DNA of 5,728 nucleotides from a virus (Duplodnaviria; Heunggongvirae; Uroviricota; Caudoviricetes): IMG/VR virus record IMGVR_UViG_2609459830_000005, positions 1 to 5,728 of that record; one strand, 5' to 3'. Shown piece by piece: positions 4,889 to 5,728 of this stretch (position 1 is its first letter; each line of letters starts with the position of its first letter). The notes under the pieces were generated by a model. It saw only the letters and a program-made list of their open reading frames with translations, ran no database searches and was not told where the DNA came from. The position numbers and the translations under genes were made by a program.

Positions 4889-5728
4889 TTACTGCGAAAG
4901 TTTGTTAATGGAAAGGAAACCGCCAAAATTAGCCACCATGCCGCGCATCTCACACCCGCGCATGCACTTGCTGCATCTGTCCTTACGGATATCGGTGGTG
5001 GGTTTATCGAACTCATCCGCCACAGCCCCGCCCGTGTAACCACACTCATCAGAGCGGTAGGTCCACATACAGGTATTCGCCAGCATAATGCGACCGGGAA
5101 ACAGCGCTCCGTCCGTCTCCGTCGGTGTTGCCAGCACAAACGAGGCTGTCATGGCCGTCAGCTCTGACATCTGCTCCACCACCCAGCGGTCGCTCAGCTC
5201 CTGCTCCGGGTCCGCTTCCGGATTGCCCGCCACAAAATTCACCGCATCCAGAAAACGGGCATTTACGGTCTTCACCGATGTCAGATGGTTTATCATGAAT
5301 CCGTCACCGGTCGTCCAGCCCGGGTTCGCCAGAACATACTGATATCCTGCGATTTTTTCCTGCAGGGATTTCACCCGACTGGCCTGTTCATCAATCAGCC
5401 GGTTCTGCTCTGTCAGCGCCGCCCGTGTTCGTCCTTCATTATCTGAGGCTTCAGGCAGAGACATTGACGGCGTTTTATGCGCGATTTCATCTATCGTCAG
5501 TGCATACTGGCGCGCAGACTCCCTGGCCTGCTCCTGATTCTGGTACAGCGTGTACCATGCTGCAGCCCCCAGCATCACCAGTCCGGGTACGCCACCAACC
5601 AGCCCCAGCGCACCGCTCATCAGACGTGAGCCCACCGCCGTTGTACTGTTCAGCGCATTCTGGGCGGCGCTTCTGGCAGCAATATTTCTGTTCAGGCGTT
5701 CCTGTGTGGCCGCCAGACGGGCCTCTGC
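4889..5728 (-). CDS. L: Chimeric tail protein: lambda gpL-like C-terminal domain (4 Cys) joined in frame to a non-L, tape-measure-like N-terminal region; 5' end off window
   Basis: The last ~123 aa (ARFLDAVNFVAGNPEADPEQ...FPGRIMLANTC.WTYR.DECGY...CSKCMRGC...NFGGFLSINKLSQ) match the C-terminal half of lambda gpL as recalled (..KVYARFLDAVNFVNGNSYADPEQ...FGGFLSINKLSQ). The upstream part (..ALGLVGGVPGLVMLGAAAWYTLYQNQEQARESARQ..) does not resemble the gpL N-terminus; it is Gly/Ala-rich, hydrophobic and then helical, like tape-measure proteins. The reading frame is open with no stop from 5728 down to 4892; the track 'start' at 5635 is a GTG inside the continuing frame. Confidence 0.75.
   Translation of the reverse strand, partial: AEARLAATQERLNRNIAARSAAQNALNSTTAVGSRLMSGALGLVGGVPGLVMLGAAAWYTLYQNQEQARESARQYALTIDEIAHKTPSMSLPEASDNEGRTRAALTEQNRLIDEQASRVKSLQEKIAGYQYVLANPGWTTGDGFMINHLTSVKTVNARFLDAVNFVAGNPEADPEQELSDRWVVEQMSELTAMTASFVLATPTETDGALFPGRIMLANTCMWTYRSDECGYTGGAVADEFDKPTTDIRKDRCSKCMRGCEMRGMVANFGGFLSINKLSQ

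Noticed and set aside
4799..5342. ORFs 4799..5167 (+), 4819..5139 (-) and 5088..5342 (+)
   Set aside because: They are alternative-frame or antisense overlaps of the L-like gene, with low-complexity Arg/Cys/His-rich products.
1..5728. CRISPR array, tandem repeats, IS element or transposase, integrase or att site, tRNA or rRNA
   Set aside because: There are no regularly spaced direct repeats of CRISPR size, no terminal inverted repeats flanking a transposase-like ORF, and no tRNA-like cloverleaf regions. The only repeats found are the short operator-like palindromes and hairpins already reported.

Overview
This window is a minus-strand slice of a lambda-like enterobacterial prophage tail-tip region. 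Reading the minus strand from high to low coordinates, the order is: tape-measure-like/L chimera, insert, K, I, insert, J. The tail genes are recognised by protein-level resemblance to lambda L, K, I and J as recalled from memory; no database search was possible. Two AT-rich insertions interrupt the GC-rich tail genes. (1) Between L and K lies a ~1.7 kb module organised like the phage P22 immI region: a divergently transcribed Mnt-like ribbon-helix-helix (RHH) repressor on the + strand, and on the - strand a 55-codon Arc-like RHH gene (absent from the supplied ORF track) followed by an AntA-family antirepressor. It also carries back-to-back promoters with three CACnGTG palindromes at 25-bp spacing, a candidate sar-like antisense RNA over the ant ribosome-binding site, and intrinsic terminators on both flanks. 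(2) Between I and J lies a ~240 bp insert with a 39-codon ORF bracketed by hairpins. The L homolog appears to be an in-frame chimera: only its C-terminal half is L-like, and the N-terminal part looks tape-measure-like. No rRNA, tRNA, CRISPR array or transposase was seen.
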